DNA of 64,000 bases from Polyangiales bacterium. Lineage in GTDB: Bacteria; Myxococcota_A; Polyangia; Polyangiales; Polyangiaceae. This document shows, one piece after another, positions 47,159-55,897 of this stretch (positions are counted from its first letter, which is position 1; each line of letters starts with the position of its first letter). Made by a program: the position numbers and the translations under genes. The DNA is taken from the NCBI GenBank assembly GCA_038231275.1, contig JBBRLQ010000003.1, positions 300,340-364,339 on the forward strand, read 5' to 3'. The notes below the pieces were generated by a model. The model saw only the letters and a list, made by a program, of their open reading frames with translations, was not told the DNA's origin and did no database searches.

Positions 47159-47801
47159 GACCGCGCTCTTTGCCGCGCGCGTGCAGGCGCTCGCGCACCA
47201 GCTGAAAGCGCTTTCGCAGGCGCGCGGCGTGCTGCGCGAGCGCGCGATCGTCGAGCGTGCCACCGTCGGGCACGAGGATCGCTGCCACGTCCCGCCACGC
47301 GAGCGCGCGGTCCACGCGGAGGACCAGCAGCGCGCGATCGTCCTCCGGTAGCTCGTCGCGCAAGCGCTGCAGCTCGCTGCGCTTCTCGGTGCGAAGGGCC
47401 GAAGCGGTCTCGGTGCGGATGCGCGTCGCCAGCTCCTCGACCTCCGTGAAGCTCGCCACGTGCACCTCGTGCCGGGCGTGCCGCGCTTCCCGCCGTCGCA
47501 CGCTCACCGACGCGTTGCGCGCGAGGAGGTAGCACCACGTCCGCACCGAGCACCGCCACTCGAAGGTCGCGAAGGTCTGCCACAGGCGCTCCGCGAACAA
47601 GGAGAACGCGTCGTCGGCGAAATCGGCGTCTTGGTGGAGCGCCACGAGGAACCCGAACACCTCGGCGCCATGCCGTTGCAACGTCGTCGCCAACGCCGCC
47701 CGATGATCTCCGGCCGCCCAGGCGGCGCGGATCGCGGAGTCGTCGTCCTCGCGGCGCCCTTCGGCCATGATCCGGCGAACGGTACCATTTTCGCGCGCCA
47801 T
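47151..47801 (-). CDS. ECF-family RNA polymerase sigma factor (paralog of 42994..43665)
   Basis: FEWRCSVRTWCYLLARN and ALLVLRVDRALAWRDVA. 3' end overlaps the 3' end of the C11-like gene (convergent). Confidence 0.7.
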   Translation of the reverse strand: MARENGTVRRIMAEGRREDDDSAIRAAWAAGDHRAALATTLQRHGAEVFGFLVALHQDADFADDAFSLFAERLWQTFATFEWRCSVRTWCYLLARNASVSVRRREARHARHEVHVASFTEVEELATRIRTETASALRTEKRSELQRLRDELPEDDRALLVLRVDRALAWRDVAAILVPDGGTLDDRALAQHAARLRKRFQLVRERLHARGKERGLI

Positions 47802-47830
47802 CGTTCTGCGCCGATGTGGGTTAGATTGGC

Positions 47831-49126
47831 GTGACAGCGATGAGCGACAAACCCGTCTGGCTCCCCAACCTCGTCGGCGGCGTCTCCATCTGGAAGCTCG
47901 CGCCTGATCTCAACGAGGCGAAGTTCATGGACGGGCGGCTGCTCGTCCCCGAGACCGAAGGGACCGACAGCCTCCCGTCCAAGGTTCGCTGGGACGTCGC
48001 CGATCTCGTGCCGCTGAAGGAGGCGCGCGCCGCTCATGCGGCCGATGTCGACGGAGCCATCCGCGATTTCTTCGCGTGCCTCGAGCTCGTGAAAATAGCG
48101 CTCTCGAGCGAGGCGAGCGGGTACGCAAAATACAAGGACGCCTTCACGGTCCCGAGCCTCGACGCCGAAGACGGCGCCAGCTACTTCTTTTCGCCGCGCG
48201 AGAAGAAGCTCAAGGTGATCAACTGGGGCGCGAGCCCGCGCGCGATCGCCGGGAGCGCGGAGCTCTTCTTCGGATACCAGGCGTTCGACAAGCTCGCGCG
48301 TGAAGCAAGCGCCGCCGCCGCCCTTGGTGGCGCGACCGCGGTCGCCGGGGCACCGTCCGCTCCGGTCGCGGCAGTGGCTCCGGTCGCGCCCGCGCCTGCC
48401 GCTGCGACGGCGGCGAAAGAAGAAGAGGAGAAGAAGAAGGAAGACGAGAAGAAGAAGGAAGACGAGAAGAAGAAGGAAGACGAGCAGAAGCGCCCGTGGT
48501 GGATCTGGCTCCTCGTCGTCCTCGGCCTCCTCGCCGTCATCCTCCTTGTCCTCTTTCTGTTGAAGGCGTGCGACAAGCCGCGCGTCATGGACGGCGCCGA
48601 CGCGCAGACGGACGCGCTCGCCGACGTCACCACGGCCGCGAACGGTGAGGCGGGCTCGGAGGGCGGGCTCGACGGGACGACCGACGCGCGCGCGGACGCA
48701 GGCGCCGACGCCGGCGACGCGAAGAGCGACGCCGCCGACGCCAAGTCCGACGCCGCAGACGCGAAGGCCGACGCGGCCGACTCCGGCAAAGACGCTGCGG
48801 CGAAGGACGCGGGCCGTGGCGGAGGAGGGGGAGGCGGAGGGGGAGGCGGAGGTGGCGGCGGAGGCGGCGGCGGTCACACGTTCAAGATCATCCCCAAGGG
48901 CGGCGGCGCGCCGATCGAGATCGACGGCGATCGCCTCCCGCACCGCACGCACTTCCATCCCGACGCCGTCAAATGGCGCGTCGAGGCGGGGCGCGAGCTC
49001 CTCGTCGACGGTCAGCCTGCCGACGGCACGGGCGACACGTTCGATGTCTTCCTGAAGCCCGGCGCCTCGTTCGGCGGCATTCGCGTCAGCTGGCAAGACG
49101 CCGCAGGGAAGTGGCACCTGCACTGA
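47831..49126 (+). CDS. hypothetical single-pass membrane protein with extreme low-complexity extracytoplasmic region
   Basis: N-terminal globular part, TM WWIWLLVVLGLLAVILLVLFLL, then (KKKEDE)3, (DAADAKS)n and a 21-residue poly-Gly run before a C-terminal domain. Confidence 0.55.
   Translation: MTAMSDKPVWLPNLVGGVSIWKLAPDLNEAKFMDGRLLVPETEGTDSLPSKVRWDVADLVPLKEARAAHAADVDGAIRDFFACLELVKIALSSEASGYAKYKDAFTVPSLDAEDGASYFFSPREKKLKVINWGASPRAIAGSAELFFGYQAFDKLAREASAAAALGGATAVAGAPSAPVAAVAPVAPAPAAATAAKEEEEKKKEDEKKKEDEKKKEDEQKRPWWIWLLVVLGLLAVILLVLFLLKACDKPRVMDGADAQTDALADVTTAANGEAGSEGGLDGTTDARADAGADAGDAKSDAADAKSDAADAKADAADSGKDAAAKDAGRGGGGGGGGGGGGGGGGGGGHTFKIIPKGGGAPIEIDGDRLPHRTHFHPDAVKWRVEAGRELLVDGQPADGTGDTFDVFLKPGASFGGIRVSWQDAAGKWHLH
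48424..48483 (+). repeat. 24-bp in-frame tandem repeat x3 encoding KKKEDE
   Basis: gaagaagaaggaagacgag x3. Confidence 0.8.
48814..48877 (+). repeat. poly-glycine codon run (about 21 Gly)
   Basis: ggcggaggagggggaggcggagggggaggcggaggtggcggcggaggcggcggcggt. Confidence 0.8.
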
Positions 49127-49188
49127 CGTCGACGACACGGACGTGACGACCCTCCCAAGGCGAGCCCGTCTCGCGGGTCGTACGTCCG

Positions 49189-49848
49189 ATGGCCTACCGC
49201 GACGAGCTCGAGGCGCTTCGGAGCCGCGAAGAGGCCCTCGTCCGTGAGCTCGAAGAGACGCGACGCCTCCGCGTGGCGAGCGAGCGGCGCACCCTCCCGG
49301 TCCTCGAGCAGCTCCGTGTGGCGAGCCCCTGTCCGTCGAAGTGGGAGGACATGATCGGCGACGAGCGGGTCCGCTTCTGCGGATCGTGCGCGAAGAACGT
49401 GTACGACCTGTCGGCGATGAGCCGCGCCGAGGCCGAAGACTTCGTCGCGCGGCACTCTCCGTCGGAACGCGCGGGAAAAGAAGGCGTTTGCGTCACGTTT
49501 CGCCGCCGCGCCGATGGCAAGGTGCTGACGGCCGACTGCCCCGTCGGCGTGCGTCGTCGTCGCTTCGGGATCGGCGTCATCGCGTTCGCCGCCGCCGCCA
49601 GCGCCGCGGCGTTCGGCGTGGTCGTAGAAGATCGCGACTCGGGCGTCGCGCGGCCTAGCCTCGAGCGGCACTGCCCCGCCCACAAGACCGCCGATCACAG
49701 GACCGAGAGGAGTGATGAGTCGCCGTCGATCGGCGACGATGGCAACACCGTCACGACGGGGCTGATCATGGGCGATCCGCCGAAGCCGAGCGGACGCACG
49801 ACGGGCTGCCTCTGCCAACCCGGCGATCCGCTCTGCAGCTGCCTCTAG
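49189..49848 (+). CDS. hypothetical protein with N-terminal coiled region and Cys-rich zinc-ribbon-like segment
   Basis: 219 aa. CPSKWEDM...RFCGSCAKNVYD and C-terminal CLCQPGDPLCSC. 3' end overlaps the kdpD 3' end. Confidence 0.5.
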   Translation: MAYRDELEALRSREEALVRELEETRRLRVASERRTLPVLEQLRVASPCPSKWEDMIGDERVRFCGSCAKNVYDLSAMSRAEAEDFVARHSPSERAGKEGVCVTFRRRADGKVLTADCPVGVRRRRFGIGVIAFAAAASAAAFGVVVEDRDSGVARPSLERHCPAHKTADHRTERSDESPSIGDDGNTVTTGLIMGDPPKPSGRTTGCLCQPGDPLCSCL

Positions 49849-52565
49849 GAGAGGGACGGCGGCGCCAGCTCCGGCGGATCGCCTTCGAGCGGCAGCGTGA
49901 AGCGAAAGCGCGCGCCTCCTCCGTCTCGGTTCTCCGCCCAAATCCGACCGCCGTGCGCCTCGACGACGCCCTTGCAGATCGCGAGCCCGAGCCCCGCACC
50001 GCCGGTCTTGCCCTCGCGCGTCAGTCGGAAGAATTTCTCGAACACGCGCGTGAGCTCGTCGGCGGGCACGCCGGGACCGCGATCGGCGATGTCGACCGTG
50101 ACGACGCGTTCCTTCCCCTCGCCGCTCGCGCGCGCGACGAGCTCGATAGGGCTCCCCTGCGGCGTGTACTTCGCTGCGTTCTCGAGGAGGTTGATGAGGA
50201 CTTGCTCGAGCAGCACCGCGTCGATCGGCACGAGCGGAAGACCGGTGGGGAGATCGACCTTCACCTCGCGCTGCCCCAGGCGATCCTCCACGCGCCCCAG
50301 GGCGGCGCCGACGATCTCCTCGAGTGGCTGCCATTCCTTGGTGACGCGGAGCGCGCCGGACGCGAGTCGGGTCATGTCGAGGAGGTTTCGAACGAGCCGC
50401 GTGAGGCGGAGCGTCTCCTCGTGGATCGTCTCGAGGAGCTCGCGGCGGGCGTGCGCCGGCAACGTACCTTCGTCTTCCAAGAGGCTGCTCGCCGCGCCGG
50501 TGACGACGGCGAGTGGCGTCCGCAGATCGTGCGAGACGGAGCTGAGGAGCGAGCTGCGTAGGCGCTCGGCCTCGATCTCGAGCTGCTTCTTCTGCGCATC
50601 GCCCGCGAGCTGCACGCGCTCGATCGCCGCGGCCACCTGGCTCGCGAAGAGCTCGAGCAACCTGCGCTGCTCCGGATCGACGAAGCGCCGCGGATCCGTC
50701 GGCTGCATCCCGAGCACGCCCACCTTCCCCTGCGGTCCGCGGAGGGGGAGCGCCAGCGCGTCCGCGCTCGGCAACGTGTCGGTGGCGAGCCCCGCCGCCT
50801 GCTCGTGCTCCCACACCCACGCGACCACGCCCGCGACCTTTTCGTCGGGAACGAACGACCACGGATCTTCGAAGGTCGATTTTGGCGTGCCGTCGGGCCC
50901 CGGCAAGAGGATGGCGACGCGGCTGTCGAAGATGTCGTGGAGGTGACGCGTCGCAGCGGCGACGAGAGGCTCCATCGAACGTGCGATCGCCAGATCGCGG
51001 GTCATCGCATAGAGGATCGCCGTTCGCTGCTCGCGTTGCCGTGCGGCGTCGGCCTGCTCGCGAATCCGCTTGGCCAGCCCGCTGATCACGAGCGCGACGA
51101 CGAACATGACGCCGAACATCACGACGTGGCGGAAATCGGTGACCGCGAAGCTGAAGTACGGCGGCACGAAGAAGAAATCGACGGTGAGGACGCTCAGGAC
51201 CGTGGCCAAGAGCGACGCGGCGTATCCGAAGCGCATCGCGACGAGCACGACCGCGAGGAGGTGGACCATGACGATGTCCGGGAGCTGCGACTGCCCGAAC
51301 AGCAGCCAGCTCGCGAGGACCGCGCACGCCACCATCGCCGCGCTCGCGAAGTAGGGCACCGCCGACGTTCGCGAAGAGCTCGTCGTGTCCGCGCGCGTGC
51401 GGGCGGCCGCGCCGTCGCCGTCCGCGTCCGACTCACCGGAAATGACATAGACGTCGATCCCCTCGCTGGCGCGGACGATCTGGTCGAGGAACGACGCGCG
51501 CAAGATCTCCCGCCACCGCGGGTAGGTCGGACGGCCGACGACGATCTTGGTGACGTTGCGCGAGCGCGCATAGCGCAGCGTCTCTTCTGCGGCGTTGGCC
51601 CCGCTGAGCGTCACGACCTCCGCGCCGAGCTGCTCGGCAAAGCGAAGGTTGGTCGCGACGCGCGCGCGATCCGCGCCTGGCAGCCGGAGCGCGGCGGGCG
51701 TCTCGATGTACGCCGCGATCCACTCCGCACGAAGCTCCGTCGCCATGCGCCGCGCCGCGCGAGCGAGGCGAATCGAGGAGGGGCTCGGGCTCAGGCACAC
51801 GAGCAGCCGCTCTGCGACCGGCCACGCGCGATCGATGCCGTGCGCGCGCTGGTATACGCGCATCTGCTCGTCGACGCGCGCCGCCGTACGACGCAAAGCC
51901 AGCTCGCGAAGCGCGATGAGGTTCCCCTTCTGGAAGAAGTGATCGATCGCGCGCCGCGCCTGCTCGGGCAGATACACCTTGCCGTCCGCGAGGCGCTCGA
52001 GCAGCTCGTCCGGCGGCAGATCGATGATGCGCACGTCGTCGGCGGCCTCGAGCACCGAGTCCGGCACCGTCTCCCGCACGACGACGCCGGTGATCTGCGC
52101 GACGACGTCGTTCAGGCTCTCGAGGTGCTGGACGTTGAGCGTCGTGTAGACGTCGATGCCGGCGCCCAAGATCTCCTCGACGTCCTGCCATCGCTTGGGA
52201 TGGCGCGAGCCCTCGACGTTGGCGTGCGCGAGCTCGTCGATCAGTACGATCCCCGGCTTTCGCGCGAGTATGGCGTCGGTGTCGAGCTCCTCGAGCGGCA
52301 CGCCCTTGTGGTCGATCTTCTTCTTCGGCAGCAGATCGAGGCCGATGCAGAGCGCGGCGGTGTCGTAGCGGCCGTGCGTCTCCACGACGCCGATCACCAC
52401 GTCGCGCTTCAAATCGCGCTCCGATCGCGCCGCCTCGAGCATCGCGTACGTCTTCCCGACGCCCGGCGCGGCGCCGAAGAAGACGGTCAGCTTGCCGCGC
52501 TTGGCCCGCGACGCCTCGGCCTGCACACGGCGCAGGAGCTCGTCGGGATCCGGACGCGCGACCAT
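49845..52565 (-). CDS. kdpD: osmosensitive K+ channel sensor histidine kinase KdpD
   Basis: N-terminal GKLTVFFGAAPGVGKTYAML (KdpD P-loop domain). Usp-like region. 4 TM. SVSHDLRTPL H-box. C-terminal HATPase (GLGLAICKGVVEAHGG). Confidence 0.9.
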   Translation of the reverse strand: MVARPDPDELLRRVQAEASRAKRGKLTVFFGAAPGVGKTYAMLEAARSERDLKRDVVIGVVETHGRYDTAALCIGLDLLPKKKIDHKGVPLEELDTDAILARKPGIVLIDELAHANVEGSRHPKRWQDVEEILGAGIDVYTTLNVQHLESLNDVVAQITGVVVRETVPDSVLEAADDVRIIDLPPDELLERLADGKVYLPEQARRAIDHFFQKGNLIALRELALRRTAARVDEQMRVYQRAHGIDRAWPVAERLLVCLSPSPSSIRLARAARRMATELRAEWIAAYIETPAALRLPGADRARVATNLRFAEQLGAEVVTLSGANAAEETLRYARSRNVTKIVVGRPTYPRWREILRASFLDQIVRASEGIDVYVISGESDADGDGAAARTRADTTSSSRTSAVPYFASAAMVACAVLASWLLFGQSQLPDIVMVHLLAVVLVAMRFGYAASLLATVLSVLTVDFFFVPPYFSFAVTDFRHVVMFGVMFVVALVISGLAKRIREQADAARQREQRTAILYAMTRDLAIARSMEPLVAAATRHLHDIFDSRVAILLPGPDGTPKSTFEDPWSFVPDEKVAGVVAWVWEHEQAAGLATDTLPSADALALPLRGPQGKVGVLGMQPTDPRRFVDPEQRRLLELFASQVAAAIERVQLAGDAQKKQLEIEAERLRSSLLSSVSHDLRTPLAVVTGAASSLLEDEGTLPAHARRELLETIHEETLRLTRLVRNLLDMTRLASGALRVTKEWQPLEEIVGAALGRVEDRLGQREVKVDLPTGLPLVPIDAVLLEQVLINLLENAAKYTPQGSPIELVARASGEGKERVVTVDIADRGPGVPADELTRVFEKFFRLTREGKTGGAGLGLAICKGVVEAHGGRIWAENRDGGGARFRFTLPLEGDPPELAPPSLS

Positions 52566-52612
52566 CGACGGACTTATAGCAGGCCGACGATCGCGCCGCG
52601 CCGCGCGCTCCG

Positions 52613-53113
52613 TCAGCGGGAGGTTTGTGTCAAGGCGCGCGCGCGCCGCAACGCTTCACGCGCAGACTCGGGGCTGGCGGCGCGCACGTCGATCACGACA
52701 GTCGTGCCTGCGGTGCGCTCGTCCATCTGGAGGCGGCCGATCTCGGGTGGGCAGACCTCGCCGTCCGCGCACGGGACGCGGCGCGTGAGGTGGCACTCGA
52801 GGACATGCCAGATCGACGCCGGCGACACGCCGTCGATCTGGCGCACGTACACGGTCGCCCCTTCCAGCCTCGGCGGCTCCTTCTGCGAGACCTCGATCTT
52901 GAGCGGCTCTACGCGAACAATCGCGTCCTTGAAGCCGAGCGGTCCCCCGGCGCTTGCGTCCTCCCAGACGTCGGCGCACGCGGTCACATCGGCGCGGCCC
53001 GGGGTCGTCGCCGGCCGATCGCACGCGGCGATCGCGCACCACGCGATGGACGAGGCGACGGCCACGACGCGGCTTGCTAGGGTGATTGCATGGATCGCGG
53101 ACGTCGAGCCCAC
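52613..53113 (-). CDS. small hypothetical lipoprotein
   Basis: GTG start. Signal ...VVAVASSIAWCAIAACD. GC3 above 90%. The N-terminal extension in the track ORF (to 53605) is Gly/Arg-rich antisense of the plus gene. Confidence 0.5.
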   Translation of the reverse strand: MGSTSAIHAITLASRVVAVASSIAWCAIAACDRPATTPGRADVTACADVWEDASAGGPLGFKDAIVRVEPLKIEVSQKEPPRLEGATVYVRQIDGVSPASIWHVLECHLTRRVPCADGEVCPPEIGRLQMDERTAGTTVVIDVRAASPESAREALRRARALTQTSR

Positions 53114-53620
53114 GGCCTTCCGTCGATCGCGCGCGTCGCCCCTTGCGCGATTCTCGCCGCGTGCGCCGCGTGCGCCGCCTTCGTCCCCGACAGTCGAACA
53201 CCGACCGATCGCGCGCGCGAGCTGGACGCGAAGTGCGTCGGCGCCAGCGAGGCCGACGTCGCGCCGCTCCTCTCCGCCGCCAACGTCGACTCCGTCGAGC
53301 CCGCGTACTCCTACGTGAGCGGCGGTCCCAACGGCCGCGACGCGCACCTCCGCGGCGCGCGCATCCGCGTGAAGCCCCTCCCCGGCGCCACCCGCGAGTC
53401 GATCTCGCGGAGCCTCCAGTGCCACCAAGCGCGGGTCGTCACCGGCGCCGTCACCGCGGCCGCCGCCGATCCCTACACGCTCCCCGCCCGCTGGCTCACG
53501 ATCGAGGTCGAGTCCGAGTCCGACGCGTTCGCGGTCCTCGCCCTTACCGACGATCTCGCCGATGCGCGTCGCGTCCTCGAGCGTGCGCGGTTCTTCGCGG
53601 GGCATCGCCGGTCACCCTGA
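53090..53620 (+). CDS. small hypothetical lipoprotein (divergent; 5' end overlaps 52613..53113)
   Basis: MDRGRRAHGLPSIARVAPCAILAACAAC lipobox. GC3 about 95% across 176 codons. Confidence 0.55.
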   Translation: MDRGRRAHGLPSIARVAPCAILAACAACAAFVPDSRTPTDRARELDAKCVGASEADVAPLLSAANVDSVEPAYSYVSGGPNGRDAHLRGARIRVKPLPGATRESISRSLQCHQARVVTGAVTAAAADPYTLPARWLTIEVESESDAFAVLALTDDLADARRVLERARFFAGHRRSP

Positions 53621-53899
53621 GCCGCCGGCGTCGGCCGGGCCGTCGGGCAGCCCTGCATCGACCGCGGGGCATCCGGCGCCGTTGCAATAGGGGTTGCCGC
53701 TCTTCGTCGGATCGGAGGGGCAGCAGTAATTCTCGGCGCACGTCGAGGGCTGCTGGCAAGTGAGCCCCTCGTCGCAGTCGTTGTGGCTGAGCGCGGGATT
53801 GCACCGCTCTCCTTCGCGACCTCCATCGCACCCGCTCTCGGCGAGAACGAGCGCGAGCGCGACGGAGACCAGCGATACGGCGATGTTCGTTCGGTTCAT
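53612..53899 (-). CDS. small Cys-rich secreted protein (about 95 aa, 10 Cys)
   Basis: MNRTNIAVSLVSVALALVLAESGC then CDGGREGERCNPALSHNDCDEGLTCQQPSTCAENYCCPSDPTKSGNPYCNGAGCP. 9 nt downstream of the OM-protein gene. Confidence 0.55.
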   Translation of the reverse strand: MNRTNIAVSLVSVALALVLAESGCDGGREGERCNPALSHNDCDEGLTCQQPSTCAENYCCPSDPTKSGNPYCNGAGCPAVDAGLPDGPADAGGSG

Positions 53900-53907
53900 G
53901 GGGGGCC

Positions 53908-55368
53908 TCAAAACCGCACCAAAAGGGACGCGATCATGCGCGTGTCGGACTTCACGAGGTCCGGGCGCCAGCCTGTCGGCGACGTCGTCGTCGTGTACCC
54001 GTCGGGCGACGTGACGCCGCCGTGGCCCGCAAAATACGGATCGGCCGATTGCCGGCGGTTGAATTCCAGGCCGTAGGTGACCTGCTCGCTCGGCATGTAT
54101 TGAAACCCCGTCGAGTAGTCGAACGCGTCGAACGTGGTGCCCTGGTTGAGCGGGAACGGCGACGTCGCCGCCGGGACGTTGACCGGTTGCCCGATGCCCG
54201 ACGGCGTGGCGTTGCCGGTCGGCCCGAGCACGAGATAGCGCCCGGGGTTGTGCATCACCCCGCCGCCCATCGTCCACGCGAAGTGCCCCTCGAAGAACGA
54301 GAGGCGGTTATAGAGCATCGCGCTCAAGAACTGCTGCTGGCACGGATCGGCCGTCGTGCACGTCGTCGGATCGGACGAATGCTTGCCGCCGAAGGGCGTT
54401 ACGCCGTCCCCGTTTTCACCGCCGATGTCCGCCGTGAGCGAGAACGCGGCGCGATGCAAGAGCTTGTTGTCGGGCGCGCTGAAGTACCGAATCTGCAGAC
54501 TGTTGTCGCTGTGGAAGCGCATGCGACCGGGGGTGTCCTGCGTGTCCCACCCGACGTAGTCGTTCGACAGGAACGAGAGCCACTCCACGGGCCGATAGAG
54601 GATCTGCGCGCCGAAGCCCGGCATCTCGTTGAACCTGCCGTACGTCTGCCATCCGTTGATGAGCCACGGCTCGATCTTGAGCTTGTCGCTCGTGAAGACC
54701 TGCATGCGGATGCCGTTGAAGAACCACGGCGTGTTGTCCGAGGTGAACGACGGCAGGTACATCCAGTTCTCGAAGTTGTCGTACGAAAAGAGGCCGACGT
54801 ACGACATGAAGATGCCGGCATCGAGGTTGATGCCGTTCAGCGCGTCGAAGTGGTAGCCGCCGTAGGCCTCGCTGATGTAGCGGAGCGCCGTCTGCAAATC
54901 GAACTGGCCACGGTTGGTGCTGAAGTCGTTGCGCGGGACGAGCGTGGAGCGGACGCCGAACTGCGTCATGAGGCGCGCGCGCGCGTGCTCGTAGTGGAAG
55001 TCGCCGCCGAAGCCGACGAAGGCGAGCGTGATCTCGTTGTTGCGCGAGAGCGCGGTCGAGCCGACGACGGTGTTGTCGATGGGGCGATTCGTCGACGCCG
55101 TGTAGTTTACGTCCAGGAGGAAATCGGCCGTAAAATACGGCGTGTCGAGCACTTTCTTGTGCTGCCGACTGCTCCCGTTCAGCCAGGTGAAGTCGCCGAA
55201 CGCGAACGGCTCGGCGGGCTTCTCCTCTGTCGGCGCCGGAGTCGGAGTCGGAGTCGGAGTCGGCGTCGGATCCTCGGCGGGCTCCTGCGCGTGTGCGGGA
55301 TGGACGGTGGTGAGGGCGCACGCAAGGGCGGCCGAGCGGAGGCGCCGGCCGCGAAGGCGAACGGGCAT
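53908..55368 (-). CDS. outer-membrane beta-barrel protein (porin-like), N-terminal (PT)n linker
   Basis: Signal LRSAALACALTTVHPAHAQEP. PTPTPTPTPTPAPT. Alternating amphipathic strands rich in Y/F/W/G/N. C-terminal ...ASLLVRF, the terminal-Phe OMP signature. Confidence 0.7.
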   Translation of the reverse strand: MPVRLRGRRLRSAALACALTTVHPAHAQEPAEDPTPTPTPTPTPAPTEEKPAEPFAFGDFTWLNGSSRQHKKVLDTPYFTADFLLDVNYTASTNRPIDNTVVGSTALSRNNEITLAFVGFGGDFHYEHARARLMTQFGVRSTLVPRNDFSTNRGQFDLQTALRYISEAYGGYHFDALNGINLDAGIFMSYVGLFSYDNFENWMYLPSFTSDNTPWFFNGIRMQVFTSDKLKIEPWLINGWQTYGRFNEMPGFGAQILYRPVEWLSFLSNDYVGWDTQDTPGRMRFHSDNSLQIRYFSAPDNKLLHRAAFSLTADIGGENGDGVTPFGGKHSSDPTTCTTADPCQQQFLSAMLYNRLSFFEGHFAWTMGGGVMHNPGRYLVLGPTGNATPSGIGQPVNVPAATSPFPLNQGTTFDAFDYSTGFQYMPSEQVTYGLEFNRRQSADPYFAGHGGVTSPDGYTTTTSPTGWRPDLVKSDTRMIASLLVRF

Positions 55369-55438
55369 CCTCGAAGGCTACGGACGGGCGCGTAAAGACA
55401 GCGTCAAGACGGGCCGCGTAACCGCTAAGAAAGAGTTA

Positions 55439-55852
55439 ATGCCGCAGGCCGGACGCACTATGCTCGGCACCATCATGAGGGGAAACACAAACGCCGATCT
55501 CATGGGCTTGTCGCTGGAGGAGCTCGTCTCGGAGCTCGAAGCGTTCTACGAGCTCTCCACCGACATGGTGTCCGTCTCCTCCGCCGACGGCCGCTTCCGC
55601 CGCGTCAACCGCGCATGGGAAAAGGCCATCGGCCACCCCGCCGGCGAGATCGCCGGCAAGCGCTGGCTCGACTTCGTGCACCCCGACGACGTGCAGAAGA
55701 CGATCGACGCGGCGCGCAGCTTGTCGGCGTCGGATCTGGCGGAGTTCCAGAACCGCTACAAGCACCAGGACGGCCACTGGGTCACGCTCTCGTGGCGGTC
55801 GACGGCGTGGTCGGGCGGGCTCACCTACGCGATCACCCGTGTCGTCGGCTGA
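55439..55852 (+). CDS. stand-alone PAS-domain protein
   Basis: 137 aa. LEELVSELEAFYELSTDMVSVSSADGRFRRVNRAWEKAIGHPAGEIAGKRWLDFVHPDD is a PAS fold. Confidence 0.65.
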   Translation: MPQAGRTMLGTIMRGNTNADLMGLSLEELVSELEAFYELSTDMVSVSSADGRFRRVNRAWEKAIGHPAGEIAGKRWLDFVHPDDVQKTIDAARSLSASDLAEFQNRYKHQDGHWVTLSWRSTAWSGGLTYAITRVVG

Positions 55853-55897
55853 TCCAATTTCCCGGTAGTCGCAACCATTCCGCGTCATCATGACGCG

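Noticed and set aside
48300-48880. Possible CRISPR or satellite array suggested by the repetitive DNA
   Set aside because: The repeats are in-frame codon repeats (KKKEDE, DAADAKS, poly-Gly) inside a CDS, with no spacer structure.
52613-53605. Extended 330-aa form of the minus lipoprotein ORF
   Set aside because: The region above 53113 is Gly/Arg-rich and antisense to the plus gene 53090..53620, which has GC3 about 95%. Only the C-terminal 165 codons are kept.
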